Source of the DNA: an uncultured bacterium
GTDB lineage: Bacteria > Bacillota_I > Bacilli_A > RFN20 > CAG-826
DNA: 64,000 nt
Direction: 5' to 3'
NCBI GenBank assembly: GCA_949300345.1
Contig: CASGDR010000006.1
Coordinates: 6,922 to 70,921, forward strand
Shown: positions 1 to 10,647 of the stretch, piece by piece
Position numbering within the stretch: position 1 is the first letter of the stretch
How the letters are laid out: each line of letters opens with the position of its first letter
Position numbers and translations under genes: made by a program
The notes under the pieces: generated by a model
Databases searched by the model: none
What the model saw: only the letters and a program-made list of their open reading frames with translations
Told to the model about the DNA's origin: nothing

Positions 1-174
1 CTTGATGACGAATTCCACTTTTTCCCCGGTTTCGGCGGTCTTATAGCTATCCATCTTCAGGGCGGAGTAATGGAAGAAGACGTCTTCCCCATCCTCGGTG
101 CGGATGAATCCGAAGCCTTTTTCCTTGTTGAACATCTTGACCGTGCCTATGACTTTTTTGGCGCTAGTTTCCAT
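1..174 (-). CDS. Cold-shock protein (CspA family), runs off window start
   Basis: Manual translation [40 protein letters not shown]...; RNP1 KGFGFI and RNP2 DVFFH; not in ORF track. Confidence 0.93.
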   Translation of the reverse strand, partial: METSAKKVIGTVKMFNKEKGFGFIRTEDGEDVFFHYSALKMDSYKTAETGEKVEFVIK

Positions 175-231
175 TGCTGCAAGATAATACCCCATGGAAG
201 GTATCTTTTCCATGAGCTTTTTGATGTTCCA

Positions 232-621
232 TCAATATTGATGGGACCAATCCGATTCCATGGCCCCTTTGATCATTAGATCGGCGGTCTTGGCCGTGGT
301 CGCGATGGCGATGTCATAGACCGAAGCAATCCTAAGCAAGGCCTTGACGTCGGGGTCATGCGGCTGGGCCGAAAGGGGGTCAATCAAAAAGACTACGTAC
401 TTGATGGTGCCATCGGCGATGTGGCTACCGATCTGCTGGTCCCCGCCCATGGGGCCGGGCAAATAGGCCTTGACCTTGAGTCCGGTGGCCTCCTCGACGA
501 TCTTGGAGGTGTGTCCGGTGCCGACCAGGGCGAAGTGACTGAGCTCCTCCTTGTGCTTGGAGGCCCATTCCGCCATCAGGGGCTTGCAATTATCGTGGGC
601 AATTAAGGCTAGGGTTTCCAT
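232..621 (-). CDS. mgsA: Methylglyoxal synthase
   Basis: ALIAHD, GPMGGDQQIG, DPLSAQPHDPDVKALLR motifs. Confidence 0.95.
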   Translation of the reverse strand: METLALIAHDNCKPLMAEWASKHKEELSHFALVGTGHTSKIVEEATGLKVKAYLPGPMGGDQQIGSHIADGTIKYVVFLIDPLSAQPHDPDVKALLRIASVYDIAIATTAKTADLMIKGAMESDWSHQY

Positions 622-642
622 TGATTCACTATAGCATCTACC

Positions 643-3417
643 CTAAGGCTTTTGATGGGTGATTTTGCCTAAGTTCTCCATCAAGGCGCTTACCAGTAAG
701 GCAATGAGGAAGAGGGCCGGGGCATAGATGAGGCAAGCCGGATCGAAGGATAGGCTCCCCTTCCCCCCGAAACCGATGTCGATGAAATATCCCATCGATA
801 CTTGGACGATGATGGCAAAGACCAAGGCGAAAAGCATGGCAAGGCTGATCAACAGGCCGCTTTTGATGATGCGGCACTCAACTATCTGCTCAGGGGGTAT
901 CCCGGTTTCGTATAATAGCCGCTTTTCCTTCCTGCCTTCGGTGGCCTCCAGAATCGAAGAGACCACAAGCAATACCAAGGAGAAGAATAGTCCGAGAATG
1001 GAGAAGGAAAGCAAGGCTTTATATAGGAGGCCGGATACTTCCTGCAGGCTTTCGGAGACGCTTTTGTAGGGTAAGGAAAACTTGAGCTCGGGGAAGGTGC
1101 GTCCTGCTTGGCGGATGACCATATCCCCGTCCTCGTTATCGATTTCCAATATGGCCTTGGTGGGCTCAAGGTAGAAGGAAGACATCCCTAGGACATAGGA
1201 GAAGAAGTCCTCGGTCCAGCGGCCCTCATGGCCTAGGCTTAGGAAGTTTGATTCATAGACCCCCGATATCTTTATTTCGGCCTCACGGATGTCCCTAACG
1301 ATATATTCCCCGACTTCCTTCTCCGACATCGTGGCCCCGACATATAGGGATTTGGGTTCTCCTAATTCCTCATATAGGGCGCTGGACGCCCCTATCTCAT
1401 CGATACCTATCGGGGCATGGCCCTTGATGTATCTTCCCTGGCGGTTGGTGAAGGTCAATGAACTTCCGGCCGGCTTGAGATATGAGCCCATGACCGTGCC
1501 GCTTGGAAGGCTAGCCATCAGATCCTTATGTTCCTTCTTCACCTGGCCCATGGAGTCGATGACCTTGGTGATGCTCTCTTTTCTTCCGGAGACATAGAAG
1601 GGCTGGGCAAAGCCCGACATGAAGGCGGAGGGATAGTTCCAATAGGAACCGTCCGTGGCCGTATATAGGCCTTTGACCCCATCGATTTTTTCCAATTTCC
1701 CCAGCAATTCCTCATCCAATCCTTTGGAATCGGCATAGAAAAGGTAGTAGCGGTCCAAGCCACATTTCTTGTCGATCTCACAGTGAGTCTGCTCATAGTC
1801 ATAGGAAGCGGGCTCATAGGTGAATTCCCTCAGGCGGATGTCCTCCCTGACCGCCTCTAGGAACTCGTTGGGCCTAGTGGGAACTAGATAAGGTACCTTC
1901 ACCATGATCCAGGGCAGGCTATTATCCTGACTATCGGAGGTCGGGAAGCGCATCTTGAATTCCAGTAGATAGGTAGACCACTCTCTTGAGTAATGGTAGA
2001 TGGTAGGCACCTCGCTTCTGGTCACCCCTTTGATTTCCAAAATCTGCTGGTCGGCATAGTTCCAGGAATCGTTCTGCACCTCATAGATGAGTTCTAGCCC
2101 CTTTTCTTCGATATAGTCACCCAGAGCCTCATAGGACCTAAGGATCTGCAAGGCATAGCAGACATTGGCCATCGAGGCATAGGGTAGCCCCAAAACGATT
2201 TGGTCATCTTCCAAACTCGGGGGTGTCTCCGGGGCGCAGGAACCCCTTAGGTCATCGAGATACATGTAGTCATTGACGGCCCTGATGGAAAGGCCAGGTA
2301 TCACATGCTTCTTGCCCCTAGAGGGAATGTAGGCGAAGTTATTGTCAGGAAAATAGTTCTCGAAGTCGGCAAGATAGGAAACCCCATAGTCCTTGAAGAC
2401 GTCGGGCCTTTCTTCTAAGAGGCCTATGGCCTCATCCAAGGGGGTGGCATAGACCGAGGAGATGGCCGAGCCCGAGGAGTTGGTTTTTTCCACGACCAAG
2501 GTGGGGGCGCCCATGATGGAAGCAAATGATTCCTCCATCTTCCCTTCCAATGAATCCTTGATGTAAAGCGAGGTAAGCAAGGAGGCAAAGGAAAAGGCCA
2601 AGATCCCGATAAGCAATAAGCTCCTCTTCTTCTTTTCCTTCAATATCCGGTAGGAGTGGCCTAGCCAGAAAGAGAAAGGAACCTTGGCTATCCGCTTCCT
2701 CTCTTTTTTCCTGATCGGCATTACTGCCTTGACGGCGGTAACGCCTTCTTCGGCTTTGGGCTTACCGCTGATCCTACCATCGCATAGCTCATAGAGCTGG
2801 TCGCTGAATCTTTCTAGGCGGGGCCTATCATGGGAGACCACGATGACTAAGGCCTTCTTGCTTACGGCCTTAAGGACATTGAAGACCATCTCGGCATTGT
2901 TGTCGTCAAGGGCTCCGGTCGGCTCATCACATAGAAGTAAGGGCGGGTCATTGACCAAGGCCTTGGCCAAAGCCACCCTCTGGCGTTCCCCGCCCGAGAG
3001 TTTGTTGGCGGCCATGTCTTCCTTGCCTTTTAGACCCACGAGGGCGAGGAGGTCTTCCCCTTTCTTACGGGATTTTTCCCTATGGGGGACGCTTAAGGCC
3101 TTATAGGGCAAAAGGACGTTTTCGATGGCCGAATCAAGTTCCAATAAATCGGCTGATTGCCTTAGAAACCCGACGGATTTAAGGCGGTAATTGAGCCTTT
3201 CGTCCTCGTTTAGGGAAGATAGTTCCATCGTTCCGACCTGGCATGATCCCCTGTAGCGGTTATCCAAACTCCCAAGGATGTTGAGCAAGGTGGATTTGCC
3301 AGCCCCGGAAACGCCATATAGGCCGATGAGGCCACGGTCGGGCAAAGTGAGGTCGACATGGTCCAAAACCAGGTCCTTGCCAAAGCTTTTGCATAGGCCT
3401 TTGAGTTGGATGCTCAT
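643..3417 (-). CDS. Fused ABC transporter ATPase/permease (MacB/FtsX-like)
   Basis: Walker A GVSGAGKST, LSGGERQR, DEPTGALD; one TM, a large extracellular region and C-terminal TMs. Confidence 0.88.
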   Translation of the reverse strand: MSIQLKGLCKSFGKDLVLDHVDLTLPDRGLIGLYGVSGAGKSTLLNILGSLDNRYRGSCQVGTMELSSLNEDERLNYRLKSVGFLRQSADLLELDSAIENVLLPYKALSVPHREKSRKKGEDLLALVGLKGKEDMAANKLSGGERQRVALAKALVNDPPLLLCDEPTGALDDNNAEMVFNVLKAVSKKALVIVVSHDRPRLERFSDQLYELCDGRISGKPKAEEGVTAVKAVMPIRKKERKRIAKVPFSFWLGHSYRILKEKKKRSLLLIGILAFSFASLLTSLYIKDSLEGKMEESFASIMGAPTLVVEKTNSSGSAISSVYATPLDEAIGLLEERPDVFKDYGVSYLADFENYFPDNNFAYIPSRGKKHVIPGLSIRAVNDYMYLDDLRGSCAPETPPSLEDDQIVLGLPYASMANVCYALQILRSYEALGDYIEEKGLELIYEVQNDSWNYADQQILEIKGVTRSEVPTIYHYSREWSTYLLEFKMRFPTSDSQDNSLPWIMVKVPYLVPTRPNEFLEAVREDIRLREFTYEPASYDYEQTHCEIDKKCGLDRYYLFYADSKGLDEELLGKLEKIDGVKGLYTATDGSYWNYPSAFMSGFAQPFYVSGRKESITKVIDSMGQVKKEHKDLMASLPSGTVMGSYLKPAGSSLTFTNRQGRYIKGHAPIGIDEIGASSALYEELGEPKSLYVGATMSEKEVGEYIVRDIREAEIKISGVYESNFLSLGHEGRWTEDFFSYVLGMSSFYLEPTKAILEIDNEDGDMVIRQAGRTFPELKFSLPYKSVSESLQEVSGLLYKALLSFSILGLFFSLVLLVVSSILEATEGRKEKRLLYETGIPPEQIVECRIIKSGLLISLAMLFALVFAIIVQVSMGYFIDIGFGGKGSLSFDPACLIYAPALFLIALLVSALMENLGKITHQKP

Positions 3418-5471
3418 TCTTCCCTAAGCGCCTCCATCAGGTTCTTGCCCCGGATGCCCCTGGTGCCGATGCTTACCCCCAGATAGGCCAATAATGCCGA
3501 AAGCAAGACCACGGCAAAGAAGAGGAAATAAGGTATTCCGAACATGCTACTTAGGGGGATGGATACCAAAGAGGGAAGGCCCGTAAGGAAATAAAGTAGT
3601 CCGTTGATCATGTCGCAGGAAAAATAGACGGCGAGCAAGGCCAAGGAGGAAGAAAGGACCCCCACCATGACCGAGTCTTTTAGATAGATGGAGGAAATGC
3701 TATCGCCTTTTACGCCCAAAGAAGCCAAGATGGCGCATTCCTTTTCCCTTTTCATGTAGCGGCAATAGGCAAGGGCCATGAAGGAGAAGGCAATGGAGAA
3801 AAGGGCAATGAGCAAAAATGAGGGCATCAAGGCCAATATCCCCTCAAGCAGGGTCACCAAGGAAGTGATGGAGGTTTCGGGGAAGGAATACCAGGAAAAG
3901 GCAGCCTCCTTGTCTACGGTGCGTCCCAATTCGAAAAAGGCTTCTAGACTATCCTCTTCATGGCAGAAGACATAGTAGCCATAATTGGAAAAATCATCCC
4001 CGGGCGCGGCTTCCTCCACCAGCTGGTGCAGGGTCTTGTCCCTAGCAGGAAGCACCCCAAAATCGGATATATGGACGCTTTGGAAATAGGCTTTGAGAGC
4101 CTGATAGGAATAAAAGACCTTGGGAGTGGATAGATAGGAGAATTCGGAAACGATGCCGGATATGACCATATCAAAGGCAAAGTCGGCCTTTAGCTCATCA
4201 TCCTCATATTGGAATTCCACGGAATAGGCAAAGGAGAGTTCATCCCCGATGCCTAGGTTCCACTTTTTTGAGAATTCCTCATTTACCAAACATTGCTCGA
4301 GGTTGTTGGAAGAAGGGGCAACTCCGGAATCAAGGAGGGAGCTTCCAAACTCCTCCAGGGTCAGGTCATAGACCGCAGTAAGGGCCACTGGGTCAGTAGA
4401 GGTATCCCCGGAATAGAGGATGGCGCTAGGCGGGAAGAAATAGGAGTAGTCATTCTCATAGCTGATATCCCGATAATTCCGAAGCAGCCTGGACATGGTC
4501 TTGGCCTTTGGGCGCAACGAGCGGGTCAAAACAAGGGGCGAACCCTCGATTTCCTAGGATTGCTTTTCGCTCATGCTCGCCATGGGCGATTCCATGTAAG
4601 CGTATCTTCCCCGCTCTAGGCTAGGTAGGGCTCCTTGGTAGAGGCCTAAGCCCAACATTAGGGAGAAAAACCCTGCAAAACCCACGAAAAATGAAAGCAA
4701 ATGCAATTTGATGTCTTCGCGCCTATTGCGTCTTTCTATGGGCTTTAGAAAGGCTTTGTTCTCGCGTCTAGGTTTAAGTTTTGCGCTCCTATTGTCCCTT
4801 CCCGATCCCCCATCCTTGATCATTCCCTCTTCAAGGATGAAGGTCTTCTCCGCGTACTTATGGCTTAAAGCCTCATCATGGCTAACTAAGACCACGAGTT
4901 TCCTCTCGCTTAGCTCCTTAAGCATTGCCATGAGCGATTCGGCCGATGCACTATCCAAGGCTCCGGTCGGCTCATCGGCCAAAATCAGATCGGGATCGTT
5001 TATCAAAGCCCTGGCCAAGGCTACCCTCTGCTTCTCCCCTCCCGACAAGGTCGAGACTTCCTGGTTGGCCTTTCCCTCCAAACCCGCTTGCCTGAGCAAA
5101 GACTTGGCCTTCTCTTCGGCTTTTTTGTTGGACATGCCTCCCGCTAGGGCGGGGACGGTGACATTGTAAAGGGCGTCGAAGCCCTCGATCAGGTTGTACC
5201 TTTGGAAAAGGAAACCGATCCGTTGGTTCCTATATAAGGAGGCCCTATCCCCTTTTAGGGAATGGACCAGGGTGCCCGCGATCTTTATGCTCCCCTCATC
5301 CGGCCTCATGAAGGCAGCAATCAGATTCAGCAAGGTGGACTTGCCCGAACCTGACGCTCCCATGATGGCAAAAAGGCCCTTGTCCGGGAGATATAGATCG
5401 AAGCCCTTGAGGACCATCTTTGGTCCGCTAGGCCCCTTGAATGACTTTTTCAAACCCTTGATTTCAATCAT
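3414..5471 (-). pseudogene. Fused ABC ATPase/permease interrupted by one in-frame TAG at 4554-4556
   Basis: ORFs 4554..5471 (GASGSGKST, LSGGEKQR) and 3414..4529 (FtsX-like permease) are in the same frame: SEKQS*EIEGSPLVLTRSLRP. Confidence 0.75.
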
Positions 5472-5503
5472 GTCTACCTACTAATAGATAGACGGGTTTT
5501 TCT

Positions 5504-5728
5504 CTAATCGTCCGAAAGTTCCAAAAGATTTTCGTGATGGGCAACCACTTTCTTGATTTTGTGGTTGAAAGCATCCCGATCCAGCATCATCACGTTCCCG
5601 CAGCCCAAGCAGCGGATTTTGACGTCCGCGCCGACTCTAACGATCTGAAAACGGTTGGTCCTATGCTTGCAGGGATGGGCCTTCTTCATGATGACCTCAT
5701 CGTATAAGGCGATAGGGATTATCTCCAC
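5504..5728 (-). CDS. DUF951 family protein
   Basis: MKKAHPC...RVGADVKIRCLGCG; GTG start at 5728 with GGAGGA RBS. Confidence 0.85.
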   Translation of the reverse strand: MEIIPIALYDEVIMKKAHPCKHRTNRFQIVRVGADVKIRCLGCGNVMMLDRDAFNHKIKKVVAHHENLLELSDD

Positions 5729-7332
5729 GGTTCGTCCTCCATCTTCACGGCGGCCGGGACCTTGGGGAGTCCGGGCATGGTCATGACCTTGCCGGTCAAT
5801 GCCACGACGAAATTTGCCCCTGCGGACAAATCGCATTCCCTAACATGGATGATGTGTCCTTTGGGGACATTGAGGGCCTTGGGCGAATCGCTCAAAGAAG
5901 CCGGGGTCTTGGCCATGCATACATAGGCGTCCCCATAGCCCAGTTCCTCATATTGGGAAATCTGCTCCAAGGCCCGATCCGAGAATTCGACCCCGTCGGC
6001 CCGGTAGATTTCCCTAGCGATCTTTTCGATCTTTTCCTTGATGCTCAGCCCTTCTTCGATGAGGGGACGGTAAGCGGATGGCACTTCATTGAGGATATCA
6101 AGGCAAGCCTTGGCCATATCCTTGGCCCCTTCCCCTCCTAGGGCATAGCCCTTATTGAAGGCCACGCGGTAGCCGTTTTCCTCACACCACTTGATGAGGA
6201 AATCAGTTTCCTTCTTGGTATCGGATTTGAAATGGTTGATGGCAATCAAAACCGGCAAACCGTATTTGGCCATGTTTTCTGCGTGGACCCTGAGGTTTTC
6301 GACGCCTTCTTTTAAGGCCATGAGGTTTTCTTTTTCCAACTCCTCAAAGGGTACGCCCCCATGGAGTTTCAAGGCCCTGACGGTGGCCACGACGACGGCC
6401 AATGAAGGCTTTAGCCCTCCTAGAGGAGAGACAATATCAAGGAACTTCTCGGCTCCTAGATCGGCTCCGAATCCGGCCTCGGTAATGACGATGGGCGAAA
6501 GCAAGGAGGCTAGCTTCAAGGCAATGAGGGAATTGCAGCCGTGGGCGATGTTGGCAAAAGGTCCCCCATGGACCAGAACCGGTTGCCCCTCAACGGTCTG
6601 GACAAGATTGGGCTTTAGGGCCTCTTTCATGAGTTTCATGACCGCATGGGAAACCCGGAAATCCTTCACTCTGAGGGGTTTGCCGCCTTTGGTATAGGCC
6701 ACGATTATTTGTTCTAACCTATCTTGAAAATCCTCTTCGTCTTTGGCTAGGCACAAGATAGCCATCAGCTCGGAGGCCACGGTAATCAAAAATCCCGAAG
6801 GATGGGGCGTTCCATTACTCTGGCCCTGGGCTACGGTAATCTCCCTTAGGGAGCGGTCATTCATATCCATGGCCCGCTTCCAGACGATGCGCTCGGGATC
6901 GATATCCAAGGGATTGCCCTGAAACATGGAATTATCGATGACGGCGGCGATGAGGTTGATACTGCTGGTCAAGGCATGGAAGTCCCCATTGAAATGGAGG
7001 TTGATGTCTTCCCCCGGTTCGATGGTGGCCCTTCCTCCTCCGGTAGCCCCGCCCTTAAGGCCAAAGACCGGACCTAGGGCCGGTTCCCTAAGGCAAAGCA
7101 TGGCGGGTTGGCCGATCTTGCCGAAGCCCTCGGCCAAAGCAATGGAAGTCGTGGTCTTGCCCTCGCCCGCTTTGGTTGGGGTTATGGCGGTTACCAGGAT
7201 AAGTTTGGAGTCAGTGACCCGGGGCTTGATCTTGCTAGGATCGACCTTGGCCTTATAAAAGCCATAGGGTTCGATCGAGGAAGCAGGAATGCCCGCCTTC
7301 TTGGCAACTTTATCAATCTTCAAAAGCCTCAT
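5719..7332 (-). CDS. fhs: Formate--tetrahydrofolate ligase
   Basis: TPTKAGEGKTT, HGGPFANIAHGCNS, TEAGFGADLGAEKF. Confidence 0.97.
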   Translation of the reverse strand: MRLLKIDKVAKKAGIPASSIEPYGFYKAKVDPSKIKPRVTDSKLILVTAITPTKAGEGKTTTSIALAEGFGKIGQPAMLCLREPALGPVFGLKGGATGGGRATIEPGEDINLHFNGDFHALTSSINLIAAVIDNSMFQGNPLDIDPERIVWKRAMDMNDRSLREITVAQGQSNGTPHPSGFLITVASELMAILCLAKDEEDFQDRLEQIIVAYTKGGKPLRVKDFRVSHAVMKLMKEALKPNLVQTVEGQPVLVHGGPFANIAHGCNSLIALKLASLLSPIVITEAGFGADLGAEKFLDIVSPLGGLKPSLAVVVATVRALKLHGGVPFEELEKENLMALKEGVENLRVHAENMAKYGLPVLIAINHFKSDTKKETDFLIKWCEENGYRVAFNKGYALGGEGAKDMAKACLDILNEVPSAYRPLIEEGLSIKEKIEKIAREIYRADGVEFSDRALEQISQYEELGYGDAYVCMAKTPASLSDSPKALNVPKGHIIHVRECDLSAGANFVVALTGKVMTMPGLPKVPAAVKMEDEPWR

Positions 7333-7386
7333 GGTCCTTTCTCCTTTATATAAATCTTCTTAATGAGTATAAGTCCAAGACCGGAT

Positions 7387-8073
7387 TCAAGAAAGGCTAG
7401 CCAAAGCCAAATAGGCCAGGGCCAAGCCTGCACTGGAAGGCACCCCCATATATGAGGAAAGGCTTCCGTTATATGGGATTGGGCTTTCGGTGGAATAGAC
7501 CACGTCTATGGCATTTAAGTCCAAGCCGGCATCGCGGCAGAATTTCCTAAATGCCTTGGCCAAAGGATCGACGGAGGTAGATGCTAGTTTGCCTACCTTG
7601 ACCTGGGTCGGATCCTTCCTAAGGGCCATGCCCATGGAACAGGCAAAGCGAATGTGATTATCCAGACAGTGTTTGGCAATGAGCAGTTTGGCATTCAGGT
7701 CATCGACCGAATCGATGACAAAGTCGATGTTCCCGAAATCATGCCTGGAGAAAAAGCCATCATCCACATTCTCGTTTATGGCAATGACATTGGACTCAGG
7801 ATCAATGGCAAGAACCCTATCTTTGGCAATTAGGGCTTTGCTTTTTCCAATATCCTTTTCGCTAAAGAGGATCTGACGGTTCAGATTGGTAGAATCGACA
7901 ACGTCGCGGTCAACCCCGATGAGATGTCTGACTCCAGACCTGGCAAGGGCTTCGAAACAAGTTCCCCCAACGCCTCCTAGACCAAGCACCAACACCGTGG
8001 AATTTAGGAATTGCTCAACAGAGTCCTCACCGAATAACCCAATGGTTCTATTTAATAAATCAGTTGATTTCAT
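7387..8073 (-). CDS. tcdA: tRNA threonylcarbamoyladenosine dehydratase (ThiF family)
   Basis: GLGGVG, TNLNRQ, DPLAK, VVYSTE motifs. Confidence 0.82.
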   Translation of the reverse strand: MKSTDLLNRTIGLFGEDSVEQFLNSTVLVLGLGGVGGTCFEALARSGVRHLIGVDRDVVDSTNLNRQILFSEKDIGKSKALIAKDRVLAIDPESNVIAINENVDDGFFSRHDFGNIDFVIDSVDDLNAKLLIAKHCLDNHIRFACSMGMALRKDPTQVKVGKLASTSVDPLAKAFRKFCRDAGLDLNAIDVVYSTESPIPYNGSLSSYMGVPSSAGLALAYLALASLS

Positions 8074-8911
8074 CCACACTCCTTACAAGCTTATAAGCGA
8101 ACTGGTGTTTGAAAAAGGTATTCTGCCTTTTGGCATAGTTCCTGGTGTCTTTTTTAACATCCTCAAGGGCCTGCTCTAGGCTGATATGGCCCTCCACATA
8201 AGGAATCATTTCCTTGAAGCCGATGGCCCTGAAAGCGGGGCTATCATGGGGGTGCTTTCCAAGCATTGATTTCACCTCATCTACAAGACCTAGATCCACC
8301 ATCTTGTCTACCCGTTTGGAAATCCGGTCGTAGAGGGTTTCCCTATCGATATCGATGCGATAGAACTCGGCCCCATATAGGGGTTTGTCCTTCTCCACTT
8401 TCGCATTGGATGATTTGGGATGTCCAGATAGGGCTAGTTCCAAGGCCCGGATTATCCTCACCCGGTTGTTGGGGTGGATTTCCCTAGCGCTTTCTTCATC
8501 CGCTTCTAACAGCAATTTATATAGTTCTTGATTGGATTTAGATTGCAAATCCTCTTCCAATTGGCGGGTTTCAGGAAATTTGTAATCATAAAGGGCAGCC
8601 CTGATATAAAGCCCAGCTCCCCCAACGAATAGGACGCTTTTGCCCCTTGAATGGATTTCCTCGATCTTCTCCCTAGCCAGCTTCTGGTAGATGGCAATGT
8701 TTATAGGTTGTTCCACTTCGAGGAAGCCATAAAGATGATGGGGAAGGCATGACTGTTCTTCCTTATTTGGTTGGGCGGTGGATATTTCGATTCCCTTATA
8801 GCACTGGAAGGCATCCGCGTTGATGATTTCGCAGTCCAGCTTCTTGGCCAGTTGAAGGGAAAAGGCGGTCTTTCCGCTTGCGGTTTCCCCAATCAAAATC
8901 AAGGTCCTCAT
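8060..8911 (-). CDS. miaA: tRNA dimethylallyltransferase
   Basis: GETASGKT, IINADAFQCY, VGGAGLY, IHPNN, TRNYAKRQ. Confidence 0.95.
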   Translation of the reverse strand: MRTLILIGETASGKTAFSLQLAKKLDCEIINADAFQCYKGIEISTAQPNKEEQSCLPHHLYGFLEVEQPINIAIYQKLAREKIEEIHSRGKSVLFVGGAGLYIRAALYDYKFPETRQLEEDLQSKSNQELYKLLLEADEESAREIHPNNRVRIIRALELALSGHPKSSNAKVEKDKPLYGAEFYRIDIDRETLYDRISKRVDKMVDLGLVDEVKSMLGKHPHDSPAFRAIGFKEMIPYVEGHISLEQALEDVKKDTRNYAKRQNTFFKHQFAYKLVRSVDEIN

Positions 8912-10647
8912 GAAAGGATTCCTCTTAATTCTTCGATCAGATCCTGAATCTGGGAATAGAGGTTTTCACGGTTCTTGATCATCGGATGGGTATTTAGCAT
9001 ATCTTCCAATTTAAGAAGCGTGTTCCTCTTCTCTTCATAATTTAATGAACCGATTGATAAGGCGGCATCCTTTTTGACCTGCGGTAAGGAATCGATTGCC
9101 TCCATCAGCTTTCCATCTTCTTTGATCGCCTGGTCTACCCTTTGGTATTCCTCCACCACGGGGTCGCGACGCAATAAGTCGCCGACGAACTTGGCCTTAT
9201 GAAGAAGGGGGTCCCCCACCAATTCCCCAATCAGGGAATAAGTATGGGATTCGATGATCTTGACCGGCACGATGCAGCCGACTAAATACTGGGGCCCTTT
9301 GAAGTTGACCAGTTTGTTGCCCTCGGTATAGCCCGAAAGGACTTCCTTGTCCCTTTTGCTTGGCCCATCTACGAGGACGTCATAGGTATTGCCAACCATA
9401 AGGTCGCTGCTCTTCTCAACCGAGGCTTCGATGACCTTGGTAAGCCTTACGAACCTTTCATGCTTTATTTTGTCGGAGACGTTGTCCTTGATGCGGGCAG
9501 CCGGGGTTCCGTTCCTAGGCGAATAGATGAAGGTAAAGGCGCTTTCATAGGCTACTTGCTTGGCCACTTCCAAGGTGGCGTCGAAATCCTCGTCGGTTTC
9601 ATTGGGGAAGCCGACGATGATGTCGGTAGATAGACTTACTCCGGGGATTGTCCGTCTGATGTCCTCTACTAAAGAGAGATATTCCTTTTGGGTATATCTT
9701 CTACCCATCCTCCTAAGCATGTCGTCCGAACCGCTTTGTAGGGGCAGATGGATCCAGGGCATGATGTTGGGGTATTTGGCTATGGCCTCAAGCATCGAGT
9801 GTTCAAAATCAAAGGGATGGCTAGTCAAGAACCGGATGCGGGGAATCCCTATTTTGGCAACTTCTTCAAGCAGATCGCTGAAACCATATTCCCCGATATC
9901 CTTGCCATAGGAATTGACGTTTTGCCCTAGCAAGGTGACCTCTTGGTAGCCTTCGGCGTAGAGCTTTTTGCACTCGGCGAGGATATCTCCCATCCGACGC
10001 GACCTTTCCCTGCCTCTGGTATAGGGCACGATGCAATAGGTGCAGAACTTGTCGCAGCCATAGGAAATATCCACATAGGCCTTGTATGGCAAAAGCCTTT
10101 TATAGGGCAAGCCTTCCACGATTTCGCCCGGGAAGGAACGCACGTCGACGAACCTTTCCTTCTTCAGAAGGTTTTCCAGTAGAAGATCGTAAAGGCTATT
10201 GATGTTATGGGTACCGAAGACGATGGATACCTGGGGATAGCTATCCACGATGAGGTTGGCCTTGCCCTCCTCTTGCATCATGCAGCCAGAGACGCATAGG
10301 ACAAAGTCCTTATCCTTTTCCTTGATGGATTTGAACTTCCCGATTTCCCCATAGACCTTGCTTTCGGCATTTTCCCTGACCGCGCAGGTATTGACGATGG
10401 AAATCTTTGACTCCGAAGGACGGCTGGTCCTTTCCATGCCCAGGGCTTCAAGTAGTCCCGCCATGGTCTCTTCGTCACGGACATTGCCCTGGCAGCCATA
10501 GGTCTTGATGAAGTACTTCTTACCCTTATAGGCCTCGATAAGCCTATGATCGGGTTCCATATCGAAAGGAACCACTTTGGTGCCATCCCCCTTGAGCCTA
10601 GCCTTGCTAAGATCGGGGCAAGATAGATAGTTGACCTTAGATGACAT
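8908..10647 (-). CDS. miaB: tRNA methylthiotransferase MiaB with C-terminal YmcA/RicA-like extension
   Basis: TYGCQGN, NTCAVRE, radical SAM CDKFCTYC, TRAM domain; start reassigned to MSSKV at 10647. Confidence 0.93.
   Translation of the reverse strand: MSSKVNYLSCPDLSKARLKGDGTKVVPFDMEPDHRLIEAYKGKKYFIKTYGCQGNVRDEETMAGLLEALGMERTSRPSESKISIVNTCAVRENAESKVYGEIGKFKSIKEKDKDFVLCVSGCMMQEEGKANLIVDSYPQVSIVFGTHNINSLYDLLLENLLKKERFVDVRSFPGEIVEGLPYKRLLPYKAYVDISYGCDKFCTYCIVPYTRGRERSRRMGDILAECKKLYAEGYQEVTLLGQNVNSYGKDIGEYGFSDLLEEVAKIGIPRIRFLTSHPFDFEHSMLEAIAKYPNIMPWIHLPLQSGSDDMLRRMGRRYTQKEYLSLVEDIRRTIPGVSLSTDIIVGFPNETDEDFDATLEVAKQVAYESAFTFIYSPRNGTPAARIKDNVSDKIKHERFVRLTKVIEASVEKSSDLMVGNTYDVLVDGPSKRDKEVLSGYTEGNKLVNFKGPQYLVGCIVPVKIIESHTYSLIGELVGDPLLHKAKFVGDLLRRDPVVEEYQRVDQAIKEDGKLMEAIDSLPQVKKDAALSIGSLNYEEKRNTLLKLEDMLNTHPMIKNRENLYSQIQDLIEELRGILS

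Noticed and set aside
4554-4556. Possible genome-wide TAG reassignment
   Set aside because: TAG terminates conserved genes at their expected ends (sufB, parA); only one internal TAG was seen.
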